In this document: piece by piece, positions 46,696 through 57,776 of the stretch | Position numbering within the stretch: position 1 is the stretch's first letter | Layout: every line of letters starts with the position of its first letter | Origin: Gammaproteobacteria bacterium | GTDB lineage: Bacteria > Pseudomonadota > Gammaproteobacteria > Tethybacterales > Persebacteraceae | Direction: 5' to 3' | Assembly: GCA_965221835.1 (NCBI GenBank) | Contig: OZ244916.1 | Span: forward strand, 654,477-718,476 | Length of the DNA stretch: 64,000 nt | Notes under the pieces: model-generated | The model's database searches: none | Told to the model about the DNA's origin: nothing | Seen by the model: only the letters and a program-made list of their open reading frames with translations | Translations under genes and position numbers: made by a program

Positions 46696-48150
46696 GTGCG
46701 GCGGTTTTTCGGCATATTGGAACGGCTGGGAAAACTCGCCGTTTTTTTCAGCGCGCTGATGTGTCTGCCGGCAATCGTTTCTTTTTTGTACGAAGACAAT
46801 CTCGCGGCGGTATATTTGCAAAGTGCCGGACAAACCGCGTTCGGCGGATTGTGTTGCGCGTTGTTGGGCGCGCGATTTAAGAGTCCGCGTCTCGGATTGC
46901 GCGACGGTTTTTTGTTGGTCGCGCTGATTTGGATTTTATTGCCCGCCCTCGCCTCGCTGCCGATTATGCGCGTCTTGCCCGATTTGTCGTTTACCGGTGC
47001 ATATTTTGAAGCGGCATCCGGATTGACGGCGACTGGTGCGACAGTATTGTCGGGTTTGGATGATTTGCCGCCGTCTTTAAATTTCTGGCGCGGCGAAATG
47101 ATATGGCTCGGCGGGATGGGATTGATTGTTTTGGTTATCGCCATTTTGCCGGCGTTGTCGGCGGGCAACGCCGCGATGATGCAAAACGAATTACCCGGCG
47201 TTGCGCGCGACGAACGATTGACTCCGCAAATCGCGCAAACCGCAAAATCGTTGTGGCTGACCTACGCCGCATTGACGGCGGCATGCGCGGCGGCGTATTA
47301 TGCCGCCGGAATGTCCGGGCTGGACGCCGTCATTCATGCATTCACAACTTTGGGATTGGGCGGATTTTCATCGCACGATGCGAGTTATGCATTTTTTGAT
47401 TCGCCGCTCATAGAAGCGATTGCGGTGGTGTTTATGATTGTCGGCGGGATGAATTTCTTTTTGCATTTTCTGGCGTGGAAGCGGCGTGCGCCGCGAATGT
47501 ATTTGCGCAATTTGGAATGTCGCGCCTATTTGCTGGCGGTTTTTGCGGCGGCGGCGATTGTCGTTTTATATTTGCGTTTTTCGGGCGAATACGGATGGCT
47601 GGATGCCGCGCGTTTCGGCATCTTCAACACCGTTTCCATCATAACGACGACCGGTTATTCAAACAGCGATTACGGTGCGTGGCCATTGTTTGCGCCGTTG
47701 CTGATGCTGATTTTGGCGAACTTTATTTCTTGCGGCGGTTCTACCGGCGGCGGAATTAAAATGCAACGCACATTACTCACGCTATATCAAACCGGTTCCG
47801 AAAGCGACAAAAGTTTGCATCCGCAAGCGTATTACAGCAACAAAGCGGCGCCGTCTTTGCCGCAAAAACATTTGGTGACGGTGTTATTTTTTGTCCTCGC
47901 CTATTTCGGTACGGCGTGCGCGTTAATGCTTGTGTTGGCGGCAACGGGAATGGATTTTCTCACCGCCTTTTCGGCAGCGTTGGCGACAATCAGCAACACC
48001 GGTCCCGGACTCGGCGAAGTCGGTCCCGCCCAAAACTACGGATGGCTTTCGCCGCTGCAAACATGGCTATGCGCCGCCGCAATGCTGGTCGGACGACTGG
48101 AACTAATTTCATTTCTGGTAATACTCCGCCGCAGTTTTTGGAGATATTAA
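46696..48150 (+). CDS. trkH: Trk system potassium uptake protein TrkH, with a GTG start.
   Basis: The translation from the GTG begins (M)RRFFGILERLGKLAVFFSALMCLPAIVSFLYED, matching the TrkH N-terminus. It is 484 aa with multiple transmembrane segments. Confidence 0.85.
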   Translation: MRRFFGILERLGKLAVFFSALMCLPAIVSFLYEDNLAAVYLQSAGQTAFGGLCCALLGARFKSPRLGLRDGFLLVALIWILLPALASLPIMRVLPDLSFTGAYFEAASGLTATGATVLSGLDDLPPSLNFWRGEMIWLGGMGLIVLVIAILPALSAGNAAMMQNELPGVARDERLTPQIAQTAKSLWLTYAALTAACAAAYYAAGMSGLDAVIHAFTTLGLGGFSSHDASYAFFDSPLIEAIAVVFMIVGGMNFFLHFLAWKRRAPRMYLRNLECRAYLLAVFAAAAIVVLYLRFSGEYGWLDAARFGIFNTVSIITTTGYSNSDYGAWPLFAPLLMLILANFISCGGSTGGGIKMQRTLLTLYQTGSESDKSLHPQAYYSNKAAPSLPQKHLVTVLFFVLAYFGTACALMLVLAATGMDFLTAFSAALATISNTGPGLGEVGPAQNYGWLSPLQTWLCAAAMLVGRLELISFLVILRRSFWRY

Positions 48151-48686
48151 AGATTCGCGTTCGCGGATTTGGAGATATTAAAGTTTCGCGTTCGCGGAAA
48201 TGAAAGAGGGGCGGGAGAACGAATTTTTAATATCTCCAAAATGCGCGGCGCGAAATATCAATTGAATTTTCGCGGCGGTGTTTGTTATGCGGCGAAATTA
48301 GTACGGCGAAGTTTATTACGCCCCTGCTTGTTTTAGAAGAAGAATTATTTCCCAACCATAACTTTTTTCGGCGAACTTCAAAGCAGCGTCACCGTCTTTT
48401 GTGATTCGGATTACATTCCGCTGACAGCAAAATGTCGACAACTTCCGCATGCCAATTTTTTACCGCCAACATTAAAGGCGTGTTATTTTTTTTGATTGTC
48501 GTAATTCGGATTACCCTTTTGCCGCCAACAATATTTTGACAACTTCAACATATCCGTTTTTTGTTTTCTCTTTTTCGGAAAAAACAATTGTCCGCCGATA
48601 AAACAGAATAGTTGCGTCAAAATTAAAATCTTATTCCCTCTCCCGCCCGTAAAATGCGTTCTTTCGCGGCGGTGTGTGCGGCGAAA

Positions 48687-51452
48687 TTAATGTGTGATGA
48701 GTGCGGGCGGGGCGGTTTTCGGGGGTTTCGGGGTTTTAATTGGTGCATCGGCGGCGCGTTTGCGCGCGGTTTTGGCGGCGGGCATTTTGACAAGCGCCAG
48801 CGCAAAAACTTCGTCCACCCATTTGACCAAACAGATTTCAAACTTGTTTTTGATTTCTTGTTGGATTTCTAAAAGATCCTTTTCGTTTTCGGATGGCAAA
48901 ATAACGCGATTAATACCGCCGCGCGCCGCCGCGAGAAGTTTTTCTTTTACGCCGCCGACCGGCAATACTTCGCCGCGCAAAGTAATTTCGCCGGTCATCG
49001 CAACATCGGCGCGCACGGGAATATCGGCGACCGCGGACAAAATTGCCGTGGCAATGGCGACGCCCGCCGACGGACCGTCTTTGGGAATCGCGCCTTCTGG
49101 CAGGTGAATGTGAAAATCGCTTTCGCGCCACAACGCGGGCTTAATTTGATAGTTGTCGCACCGGCTGCGCACGGCGGAAAAAGCGGCGTCCACCGATTCT
49201 TGCAATACTTGTCCGAGTTTGCCGGTGCGCATGATTTTTCCGCGTCCGGCGAACTTGCACGATTCTATGGAAAGCAAATCGCCGCCGGTCGCCGTCCATA
49301 CGAGTCCGGTGACTTGTCCGACTTTGTCGTCCGCCGCCGATACGCCGAAACGGTGTTTGCGCGGCCCGAGATATTTGTCCAACGACGAAGCCGACACCCG
49401 CCGTCTGCGAACGCGTACGACATTTTCGGCGATGTTTGTTTTTTTCGCGATTTTGGCAATTTTGGTTTTTGCGCGTCTTTTTTTGGCGCGCGCGGAATCG
49501 TCGGCGGTGCGATCAATATCCAGAACGATTTTGCGGCACACCTTGGAAATACAACGATCCAAGGCGCGTACGCCCGCTTCGCGCGTGTAATAGCGAATCA
49601 TACCGCGCACGGCGGATTCTGTAATTTGCGCCTCTTTATTCTCCAGCCCGTTTTCTTTAAATTGGCGCGGAATAAGATGATCGCGGGCGATATTAATTCT
49701 TTCGTTTTCGGTGTAGCCGGATAAATTAACGATTTCCAACCGGTCCATCAGCGGCGGCGGAATATCCAGCGTGTTGGCGGTGGTGACAAACATTACTTCC
49801 GACAAATCAAAATCCACTTCCACATAATGGTCGGAAAAAGTCGCGTTTTGTTCGGGATCCAAAACTTCCAACAACGCCGAAGACGGATCGCCGCGAAAAT
49901 CGTATCCCATTTTGTCAATTTCGTCCAGCAAAATAATCGGATTTTTGACTCCCGCACGACTCATCGCGTTGATAATTTTTCCGGGCATTGAACCGATATA
50001 GGTGCGGCGATGCCCGCGAATTTCGGCTTCGTCGCGCACGCCGCCCAGCGAAATGCGCCCGAATACGCGCCCGGTCGCCGCCGCAATGCCGCGTCCCAAA
50101 GAAGTTTTACCGACTCCCGGCGGACCGACAAAACACAAAATCGGCGCTTTGCCGTTCGGTACGCGTTTTTGCACGGCGAGATGTTCCAAAATTCGTTCTT
50201 TGATTTTGTCCAGACCGTAATGATCCGAATCTAAAACTTTGCGCGCGTCTTTCGCCGAAACCGGCAGCGAAGTTCGCTTAACCCACGGCAGCGACAATAT
50301 GGTGTCTAAATAAGTACGCGTGACCGTTGCCTCGGCGGACATCGGCGGCATCATTTTTAGTTTGCGCATTTCCTGTTCGCATTTTTCGCGCGCCTGTTTG
50401 CTCATTCCCGATTTTTGGATGCGCTGTTTCATTGAATCCAACTCGGCATTTTGGTCGTCGCCGAGTTCGCGTTGAATGGCGCGCGCCTGTTCTTGCAAAT
50501 AATATTCGCGATGATTTTTTTCCATCTGATTTTTAATCCGCCCGCGAATCTTGCGTTCTATTTTTTGCACTTCGGTTTCGCGCCCGATAAGCGACAGCAA
50601 TCGCGCGGCGCGTTCGGCGACATCTGCCATTTCCAGCATTTCTTGCCGCTTTTTAATATTCAGCGGAAAGAAACCGGCAACATGATCCACCATCCGTTCA
50701 AAATCTTCAATCTCCTCTATTTTTGCCGACAAATCATCGCCGACTTTGTGATTAACCTTTGCATAAGAAGCAACGGCGGCGCGAAAAGACCGCAACAACG
50801 CGGTCGCTTCGTCAGCAGGCGGACGATTGACGGCGGGCATCGGAGAAACTTCGGCGGAAATTCGGGCGTTTTCTTCCACGCGATATTTCGCCTTGCCGCG
50901 CGAGATTCCTTCTACCAAAACTTTGACGGTGCCGTCCGGCAATCGCAACATTTGCAATACATTTGCCGCGCAACCGACATCGTATAAATCTTCCGCCGCC
51001 GGCGTATCGGTGTCGGGCGATTTTTGTGTTGCGAGAAAAACGCGCCCGCCTTCTTCCATCGCTTTGTTTAACGCGTCCAGCGACATTTGTCTGCCGACAT
51101 ACAAAGACAAAACGACTCGCGGAAATACCACGACATCGCGCAACGGTACCACTTGCATTCTCGTGTCATATTTCAATTCGCCGCCGCCCGCCGAATCGGA
51201 TTTTTTGACCGGCGCATTGTCGTTTGCGGAATCTGCCGCCGCATCCGCCGGGGATTCTTCCAAATCGGTCGGCGCGCGTTTTGTCGGATTTTTCGGCGAA
51301 TCCGCTGCGGCGGGTGCGCCGATAATCGCGTCTGTTGCGTCTATTGCCGCGTCTTTTGCGCCTGTTGTCGCGCCCGCAGCGGGTTCGTTTGCGGCGGAAT
51401 CGTCTTTAATGTCGCCGCCTTTTTTTATGTCGTCAAAACTGTCATCGCTCAT
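48687..51452 (-). CDS. lon: ATP-dependent Lon protease. The start is uncertain. The ATG at 51452 gives an acidic N-terminal extension of about 95 aa.
   Basis: The translation contains [10 protein letters not shown], the Walker A motif [11 protein letters not shown], and a C-terminal catalytic Ser-Lys proteolytic domain. Confidence 0.9.
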   Translation of the reverse strand: MSDDSFDDIKKGGDIKDDSAANEPAAGATTGAKDAAIDATDAIIGAPAAADSPKNPTKRAPTDLEESPADAAADSANDNAPVKKSDSAGGGELKYDTRMQVVPLRDVVVFPRVVLSLYVGRQMSLDALNKAMEEGGRVFLATQKSPDTDTPAAEDLYDVGCAANVLQMLRLPDGTVKVLVEGISRGKAKYRVEENARISAEVSPMPAVNRPPADEATALLRSFRAAVASYAKVNHKVGDDLSAKIEEIEDFERMVDHVAGFFPLNIKKRQEMLEMADVAERAARLLSLIGRETEVQKIERKIRGRIKNQMEKNHREYYLQEQARAIQRELGDDQNAELDSMKQRIQKSGMSKQAREKCEQEMRKLKMMPPMSAEATVTRTYLDTILSLPWVKRTSLPVSAKDARKVLDSDHYGLDKIKERILEHLAVQKRVPNGKAPILCFVGPPGVGKTSLGRGIAAATGRVFGRISLGGVRDEAEIRGHRRTYIGSMPGKIINAMSRAGVKNPIILLDEIDKMGYDFRGDPSSALLEVLDPEQNATFSDHYVEVDFDLSEVMFVTTANTLDIPPPLMDRLEIVNLSGYTENERINIARDHLIPRQFKENGLENKEAQITESAVRGMIRYYTREAGVRALDRCISKVCRKIVLDIDRTADDSARAKKRRAKTKIAKIAKKTNIAENVVRVRRRRVSASSLDKYLGPRKHRFGVSAADDKVGQVTGLVWTATGGDLLSIESCKFAGRGKIMRTGKLGQVLQESVDAAFSAVRSRCDNYQIKPALWRESDFHIHLPEGAIPKDGPSAGVAIATAILSAVADIPVRADVAMTGEITLRGEVLPVGGVKEKLLAAARGGINRVILPSENEKDLLEIQQEIKNKFEICLVKWVDEVFALALVKMPAAKTARKRAADAPIKTPKPPKTAPPALITH

Positions 51453-51558
51453 GTTTACCGACCTTTCCCGCCTTGCGGCGGCGTTAATCTTTTATTTATA
51501 GCACTTGAATTGCAAATTGCAAGCGCCCGCAAAAACGATGTTGCCGGACGCCGCATTT

Positions 51559-51861
51559 TTATTGTTCTCCGCCGGGCAATACAAAAATTTCGCCTTTTTT
51601 TATCATCTGCAAACGGCGGCGCGCGACTTCTTCCAGACGCGAAGTATCCGCCCGGACTTCGCGCACAAGAACGCGCATTTCTTCCACTTCCAGTTTCAGG
51701 CGGCTGTTGTCGCGCTGAAATGTCGCGAATTCGGCGCGGAGTTTCGCCGCCCGCACGGCACCGTCTCCCGGGTCGTAGGCGGCGGAATACAACATCCACG
51801 CGCTTCCGGCGACAAACGCCAGCGCCATCGCATAATATTTTCGTCCCGTCATGAACGACAT
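51559..51861 (-). CDS. ftsB: Cell division protein FtsB.
   Basis: A 100-aa product with a transmembrane segment (YYAMALAFVAGSAWMLY) and a coiled coil. It sits downstream of eno. Confidence 0.75.
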   Translation of the reverse strand: MSFMTGRKYYAMALAFVAGSAWMLYSAAYDPGDGAVRAAKLRAEFATFQRDNSRLKLEVEEMRVLVREVRADTSRLEEVARRRLQMIKKGEIFVLPGGEQ

Positions 51862-53147
51862 TTTAGCACGGATTGCCCGGCATATTTTGCCGCACCGCCC
51901 AATGCCTCGGCGATTCGCAAAAGACGGTTATATTTTGCGGTTCTTTCGCCGCGACACGGCGCGCCCGATTTGATTTGTCCGGCATTCCATGCAACCGCAA
52001 TATCCGCCAAATCCGCATATTCCGTTTCGCCGGAACGGTGCGACATCATCACGCCATAACCGGCATTTTGCGCCAGCCGCACTGCATCGCGCGTTTCCGT
52101 CAATGTGCCGATTTGATTCGGTTTAGCGAGCAACGCGTTCGCCGCCCGCCGGTCAATTCCTTTTTGCAACCGCACGCAGTTCGTCGCAAATAAATCGTCG
52201 CCGACAAGTTGCATTTTGTCGCCGAGACAATCGGTCAACAATCGCCAGCCGTCCCAATCCTCTTCGGCGCATCCGTCTTCAATACTTGCAATCGGATATT
52301 TTTTGTGCCAATCCGAAAACTTTTCCACCAACGCGTTCGCATCGCCGCGAAAGTTTTCGCCGGGCAAATGATACGCGCCGTTATGATGCAATTCGCCGGC
52401 GGCAACATCCAACGCAATTGCAATTTGTTTGCCGGGCGCAAAACCCGCGCTAATAATTGCCTCGCAAACTAATTCCAACGCTTTTTCGGCGTTATGCAAA
52501 TCGGGCGCAAATCCGCCTTCGTCGCCGACCGCCGTGGACAATTTTTGTCGCGCGAGCAATTTTTTTAACGAATGAAAAACTTCCGCGCCCGCAAAAAGCG
52601 CGGACGGAAAATCATCAAATCCTATCGGCGCAATCATAAACTCCTGAATATCTAAATTGTTGTCGGCATGCGCGCCGCCGTTAATGATGTTCATAAACGG
52701 CACCGGCATCGTGCATCCGTCGCCGAGAAATTCGTAAAACGGACGCGCACAAAACTTCGCCCCCGCTTTTGCCGCCGCCAAAGATGCCGCCAAAATCGCG
52801 TTCGCACCGAGGCGCGATTTGTCCGCACTGTTGTCGGCGGCAATCAGCAAATTGTCTACGCTTTCATAATCGCGGCAGTCCGCACCGCAAAGCGCATCGG
52901 CGATTTCCGAATTGAGATTCGCGGCGGCACGACGAACGCCTTTTCCTTGCAATCGTTTTTCTTTGTCGCGCAACTCCACCGCTTCGCCGCCGCCCACAGA
53001 CGCCCCGGACGGTGCGGCGGCGAATGCACGAATGCCACACGCGAGATGCACTTCGGCTTCCACAGTCGGCATTCCGCGCGAATCTAATATTTCGCGCCCG
53101 CAAACTTTCGCGATTTTCGCGCCCGCAGAATTGTCCGCCGCACTCAT
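51849..53147 (-). CDS. eno: Enolase.
   Basis: The translation contains GREILDSRGMPTVEAEVHL and SHRSGETE motifs. The start is placed at MSAADNSAGAKIAKV. Confidence 0.9.
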   Translation of the reverse strand: MSAADNSAGAKIAKVCGREILDSRGMPTVEAEVHLACGIRAFAAAPSGASVGGGEAVELRDKEKRLQGKGVRRAAANLNSEIADALCGADCRDYESVDNLLIAADNSADKSRLGANAILAASLAAAKAGAKFCARPFYEFLGDGCTMPVPFMNIINGGAHADNNLDIQEFMIAPIGFDDFPSALFAGAEVFHSLKKLLARQKLSTAVGDEGGFAPDLHNAEKALELVCEAIISAGFAPGKQIAIALDVAAGELHHNGAYHLPGENFRGDANALVEKFSDWHKKYPIASIEDGCAEEDWDGWRLLTDCLGDKMQLVGDDLFATNCVRLQKGIDRRAANALLAKPNQIGTLTETRDAVRLAQNAGYGVMMSHRSGETEYADLADIAVAWNAGQIKSGAPCRGERTAKYNRLLRIAEALGGAAKYAGQSVLKCRS

Positions 53148-53172
53148 CGCATTAAAATTAATAAATATTTTT

Positions 53173-55482
53173 TCATTTCGCAATTATACTCAAATCCCGG
53201 CGTTTGTTTTTTTCCGGCGGGCGATGCCAATAGCGAAAATATTCGTCACGCCATCTCGTCATTGCAACGCCGCTTGTCGAAAATTCGGCGACAATCGCGC
53301 CGTCTTTGTCGGTGCGATAAATCGCCGCCCCGAAATCCTCCGCACGCGCCACCACATCTTCGCGAGGATGCCCGAAACGGTTGCCGTCTCCTGCCGAAAA
53401 AATGACGGCGGCGGGCGACACTGTTTCCAAAAATGGAATCGCGGAAGAATCCGCACCGCCATGATGCGGCGCCAACAAAACATTCGCCCGCAACGAATCG
53501 CCATAACGCGCCGCCAAACGCAACTCCACTTCGCGCGGAATGTCGCCGGAAAGCAACGCCGTACCGCCCGCCGCGGTAATTTGAATAACGCAACTTTTCG
53601 CATTGTCATCGCCTTCGGCAGTTTCGCCGGACGGATGCAAAACCGCAAAATGCACGCCGTCCCATTCCCATTCGTCGCCCGCCGTACACGATTTTGCGTT
53701 TGTGTTGTGTCGCAACAAATGCCCCGCCGATAACGAAGATAAAAACACTTTCGGCGGACGCGCTTTCAACAATCGCGCCGCACCGCCGCTATGATCAATA
53801 TCGTCATGACTTACGACAATCATATCCAAATCGCCATGTCCGCGCAAAAAATCGTCAATGATGCGAAAGGCGAAAGGCGGACCGGTATCATAAACCAGCA
53901 AATGATTTTCGGTTTCCACCACCGCCGCCGCACCTTGTCCGACATCCAAAACCGTCATCTTAAAATCGCCCGCTTCCGGCGACGGTGCGCGCGCCAGCAG
54001 CATTGCAATTATCGGCGCAGCACCCGCCCACCGCAACGGCGTACCGCGCGGCATCAACATCCACGCCCCGCCCGCACATGCAGTCGCAAAAAACCACCAC
54101 GGCGCATTTGTTTGCAAAGCGGCAAACGGAAAATCGGATAACCAACGCAAAAAACTAAAACATTGCGTCAACACTTCCGCGGCAAGATACCACAACACAT
54201 CGCCGGGAATAAAAAGATCCAAAAAAATCAGCGGCAAAATAACAAATCCCGTCAACGGTACGGCAACCAGATTCGCCGGTAAAGACGCCAAAGACGCTTC
54301 GTTAAAAAATTGCAAAGTTAGCGGTATTGCAAAAAGCGATAATAAAAATTGCAACTTAAAAAGACGAATAAAAAAATTGCCGCCCGCCGAAGAAGCGGCG
54401 ACCACCGCCCCCGCCAACATAAACGAAAGCCAAAATCCCGCCGACAATACCGCCCACGGGTCAGCGAATGTCACGACAATCGCCGCCACCGCAATTGCAT
54501 TTGTCGCACCGATTGCGCCACCGGCAAGCATTGCCGCCGCCGCCGCCAGAAACATCAACGCGCCCCGCTGCACCGGCACTTCCAATCCTGCAAGCCACGC
54601 ATAACCCGCGACAAACGGAATCGCCGCCAGCAACGCCGCTTTTTGTGCGGGCATTATGCGCATCAGTTTACGATTTCGCCGCCAAAAAAATCCGCCCCAA
54701 AACGCAGCAACTCCCGCCACCAACGCAATATGCGTTCCCGAAATGCTGAACAAATGCGCGACTCCCGTACGCCGCAAAACGCGCCATTGTTCGTTGCGCA
54801 TTTGCGAACGGTCGCCGACAAGCAACGCCGACACCAACTCCCCGCCGTGCGGCAAAGACAACGCGCGTCGCCGCAACGCACCGCGAACACCTTCGCCCGC
54901 AGATAATAAAACAACTTTGTCGCGCGCGCGCACATAACCGGCGGCGCGAATGCCGCGCGCAAACAAATAACCCGCATAATCAAAACCGCGCGGATTAAGA
55001 TTCGTGCGCGGCGGACGGATGCGAATTTTCATTCGCAATCGCGCACCGTTTTGCAAAAAAGCAAACGATTTGCCGTAATGATAATCGGACAATCGCGCGC
55101 GCAATTGCAAATCCATCGGCGGCAAAACAATTCTTTCAATATCAAAATCAAAACGCGTACGCCGTTCGTCATTATCCGGAAATCCGCGCACGACGCCTTC
55201 CACAACAATGTCGCGCCATTCGTGCGCCGCCGGTACGCGTTCGGCGAGACGACTCTCGGCGCGATATGCCGCATATCCCCATCCGACAAAAAATATGCAA
55301 ATCAACATCGGCGCGCGCGCCCGCCGCCAAATCGCCCAAACCAACGGCGGCAAAAACGCCAACGCCCACTCCCACGGCGGCAAGGAATCTTGCGTCTGCA
55401 AAAGACATATTCCGGCGACAAATGCAGCGGCAGCGAACGGCATCGGCGAAATTATACGGCGCATTGCCGTACCGAAAAACAT
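53173..55482 (-). CDS. comEC: DNA internalisation competence protein ComEC/Rec2, with a C-terminal metallo-beta-lactamase domain.
   Basis: The protein is a polytopic membrane protein. Its C-terminus contains VLDVGQGAAAVVE...HDDIDHSGG. Confidence 0.85.
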   Translation of the reverse strand: MFFGTAMRRIISPMPFAAAAFVAGICLLQTQDSLPPWEWALAFLPPLVWAIWRRARAPMLICIFFVGWGYAAYRAESRLAERVPAAHEWRDIVVEGVVRGFPDNDERRTRFDFDIERIVLPPMDLQLRARLSDYHYGKSFAFLQNGARLRMKIRIRPPRTNLNPRGFDYAGYLFARGIRAAGYVRARDKVVLLSAGEGVRGALRRRALSLPHGGELVSALLVGDRSQMRNEQWRVLRRTGVAHLFSISGTHIALVAGVAAFWGGFFWRRNRKLMRIMPAQKAALLAAIPFVAGYAWLAGLEVPVQRGALMFLAAAAAMLAGGAIGATNAIAVAAIVVTFADPWAVLSAGFWLSFMLAGAVVAASSAGGNFFIRLFKLQFLLSLFAIPLTLQFFNEASLASLPANLVAVPLTGFVILPLIFLDLFIPGDVLWYLAAEVLTQCFSFLRWLSDFPFAALQTNAPWWFFATACAGGAWMLMPRGTPLRWAGAAPIIAMLLARAPSPEAGDFKMTVLDVGQGAAAVVETENHLLVYDTGPPFAFRIIDDFLRGHGDLDMIVVSHDDIDHSGGAARLLKARPPKVFLSSLSAGHLLRHNTNAKSCTAGDEWEWDGVHFAVLHPSGETAEGDDNAKSCVIQITAAGGTALLSGDIPREVELRLAARYGDSLRANVLLAPHHGGADSSAIPFLETVSPAAVIFSAGDGNRFGHPREDVVARAEDFGAAIYRTDKDGAIVAEFSTSGVAMTRWRDEYFRYWHRPPEKNKRRDLSIIAK

Positions 55483-55496
55483 ACTATAATAACGAA

Positions 55497-56657
55497 ATGC
55501 AATTTTCGCTTTCGCCCGAACAAAAAATGATCGTTTCCGCCGTCCGCAGTTTTGTGGAAAAGGAAGTTTATCCGCTGGAACGCGAGGTTGAAAAAACCGG
55601 AATCGTGCCGCGCGAAATCGCCGATTCCATTAAACAAAAATGCAAAGACGCCGGTTTTTACGCCGCCAACATTCCCGCCGAAGCAGGCGGCGGCGGATTA
55701 TGCAATTTGGATTTTGCATTATTAGAACGCGAACTCGGACGCGGGGCGATGGCGCTGACCGTTTTTTTCGGACGCCCGTCCAACATCTTAATGGCGTGTC
55801 GCGATTCGCAACGCGACAAATATCTTTATCCCGCAGTACGCGGCGAAAAAATGGACGCACTTGCAATGACCGAACCCGCCGCCGGTTCCGATGTACGCGG
55901 AATGCGATGCGCCGCCGTCCCCAAAAACGGCGATTGGATTCTTAACGGCGGCAAACATTTTATTTCGCATGCCGACATTGCCGATTTTTTCATCGTCTTT
56001 GCGGCAAGCGGCGAAGAAGAATCACCGCGCGGCATTCGCAAAAAAATTACATGTTTTTTGGTCGACCGCGATGCGCCCGGTTTTTCGGTTCGCCCCGGCT
56101 ATCATTCCGTTTCACATCGCGGCTATCACAACGGCGTTTTGCATTTTGACGATTGCCGCTTGTCAACCGAACAAATTTTGGGCGAAGTCCACCGCGGTTT
56201 CGAAACCGCAAACGAATGGCTATATGCAACGCGAATCACAGTCGCCGCAATGTGCGTCGGGCGGGCGAGACGCGTTTTTGATTTCGCACTTTCGCACGCC
56301 GCCGAACGAAAACAATTCGGGCAAGCAATCGGAAAATTTCAGGGAGTCGGATTCAAACTCGCGGATATGATTACCGATATTGACGCCGCAGATTTTTTAA
56401 CTTTGCACGCCGCATGGCGTTTGGACCAAAAACTTCCCGCCAATCGCGAAATCGCATCGGCAAAAGTTTTCGCCTCCGAAATGCTATCGCGAGTCACCGA
56501 CGAAGCAATTCAAATTCACGGCGGAATGGGATTGATGAACGATTTACCGCTGGAACGATTTTGGCGGGACGCCCGCGTAGAAAGAATCTGGGACGGCACT
56601 TCCGAAATCCAACGCCACATCATCGCCCGCGAACTCCTCCGCCCCCTCGGCGCATAA
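55497..56657 (+). CDS. Acyl-CoA dehydrogenase.
   Basis: The translation begins MQFSLSPEQKMIVSAVRSFVEKEV and ends with ...IWDGTSEIQRHIIAREL, the ACAD C-terminal signature. A TATAAT box lies just upstream. Confidence 0.85.
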   Translation: MQFSLSPEQKMIVSAVRSFVEKEVYPLEREVEKTGIVPREIADSIKQKCKDAGFYAANIPAEAGGGGLCNLDFALLERELGRGAMALTVFFGRPSNILMACRDSQRDKYLYPAVRGEKMDALAMTEPAAGSDVRGMRCAAVPKNGDWILNGGKHFISHADIADFFIVFAASGEEESPRGIRKKITCFLVDRDAPGFSVRPGYHSVSHRGYHNGVLHFDDCRLSTEQILGEVHRGFETANEWLYATRITVAAMCVGRARRVFDFALSHAAERKQFGQAIGKFQGVGFKLADMITDIDAADFLTLHAAWRLDQKLPANREIASAKVFASEMLSRVTDEAIQIHGGMGLMNDLPLERFWRDARVERIWDGTSEIQRHIIARELLRPLGA

Positions 56658-57776
56658 AAATTCCGAATTTCATCGGAATGGTAGAAGTTGGAAATTAGGA
56701 AAATAAAATTCACCATTCCCGTGAACGCGGCGGAATTCCGCAAAAAAACCCCGTCATTCCCGCGAAAGCGGGAATCCATTACGGGCGATTAATTTTAGAA
56801 TTTCCGCAAATTTTACGCGAAAATTAAATTTGAAAATTCCCGCATTTTTTCGCAAAAAACGAAGTGAAAGCGCGAATTTTACGCGAAAATTAAATTTGAA
56901 ATTCCCGCGAATTTTAAGCGAAAAACCCCCGTCATTCCCGCGAAAGCGGGAATCCATTACGGACGATTAAATTTGCAATTCCCGCAAATTTTACGCGAAA
57001 ATTAAGTTTGAAATTCCCGCACATTTTTTTGTGAAAAACGAGGTGAAGGCGGGAATTTGTCGGTAAAAATGGATTCCCGCTTTCGCGGGAATGACGGCGG
57101 GAATCCGCACATTTTACGCGAAAATTAAGTTTGGAATTTCCGCAAATTTTACGCAAAAAACCCCGTCATTCCCGCGAAAGCGGGAATCCATTACGGGAGA
57201 TTAATTTTAGAATTTCCGCGAATTTTACGCGAAAATTAAGTTTGGAATTTCCGCGAATTTTTTCGCAAAAAACGAGGTGAATGCGAGGGTTTGTCAGTAA
57301 AAATGGATTCCCGCTTTCGCGAGAATGACAAGGTGAAACCGCAAATTTTATGCGAAAATTAAGTTTCGCGAATTTTACGCAAAAAAACCCCGTCATTCCC
57401 GCGAACGCGGGAATCCATTACGGGAGATTAATTTTAGAATTTCCGCAAATTTTACGCGAAAATTAAGTTTGGAATTTCCGCATTTTTTCGCAAAAAACGA
57501 GGTGAAAGCGCGAAAACGAGGTGAATGCGGGAATCCATTTTGTCGCGAAAATTAAGTTTGGATTCCCGCTTTCGCGGGAATGACGGCGGGAATCCGCACA
57601 TTTTACGCGAAAATTAAGTTTGGAATTTCCATATTTTTTCGCAAAAAACGAGGTGAATGCGGGATTTTGTCGGTAAAAAATTCCCGCTTTCGCGGGAATG
57701 ACAAGGTGAAACCGTGAATTTTAAGAAAAAATTAAGTTTGGAATTTCCGTGCATTTTTTCGCGAAAAGGGTGGGAA
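56658..57776. repeat. NIME-like array of about 1.1 kb. It contains multiple dRS3 units (ATTCCCGCGAAAGCGGGAAT) in both orientations, separated by RS-like blocks of about 100-150 bp.
   Basis: At least 8 dRS3 copies are present. The block GATTAATTTTAGAATTTCCGCAAATTTTACGCGAAAATTAAGTTTGGAATTTCCGC recurs. The many small ORFs here are artefacts. Confidence 0.85.

Noticed and set aside
56700-57700. Small ORFs (MDSRFRGNDG..., 60-100 aa) in the 56.7-57.9 kb region.
   Set aside because: They lie within the NIME/dRS3 repeat array and repeat with it. They are artefacts of the repeat sequence.
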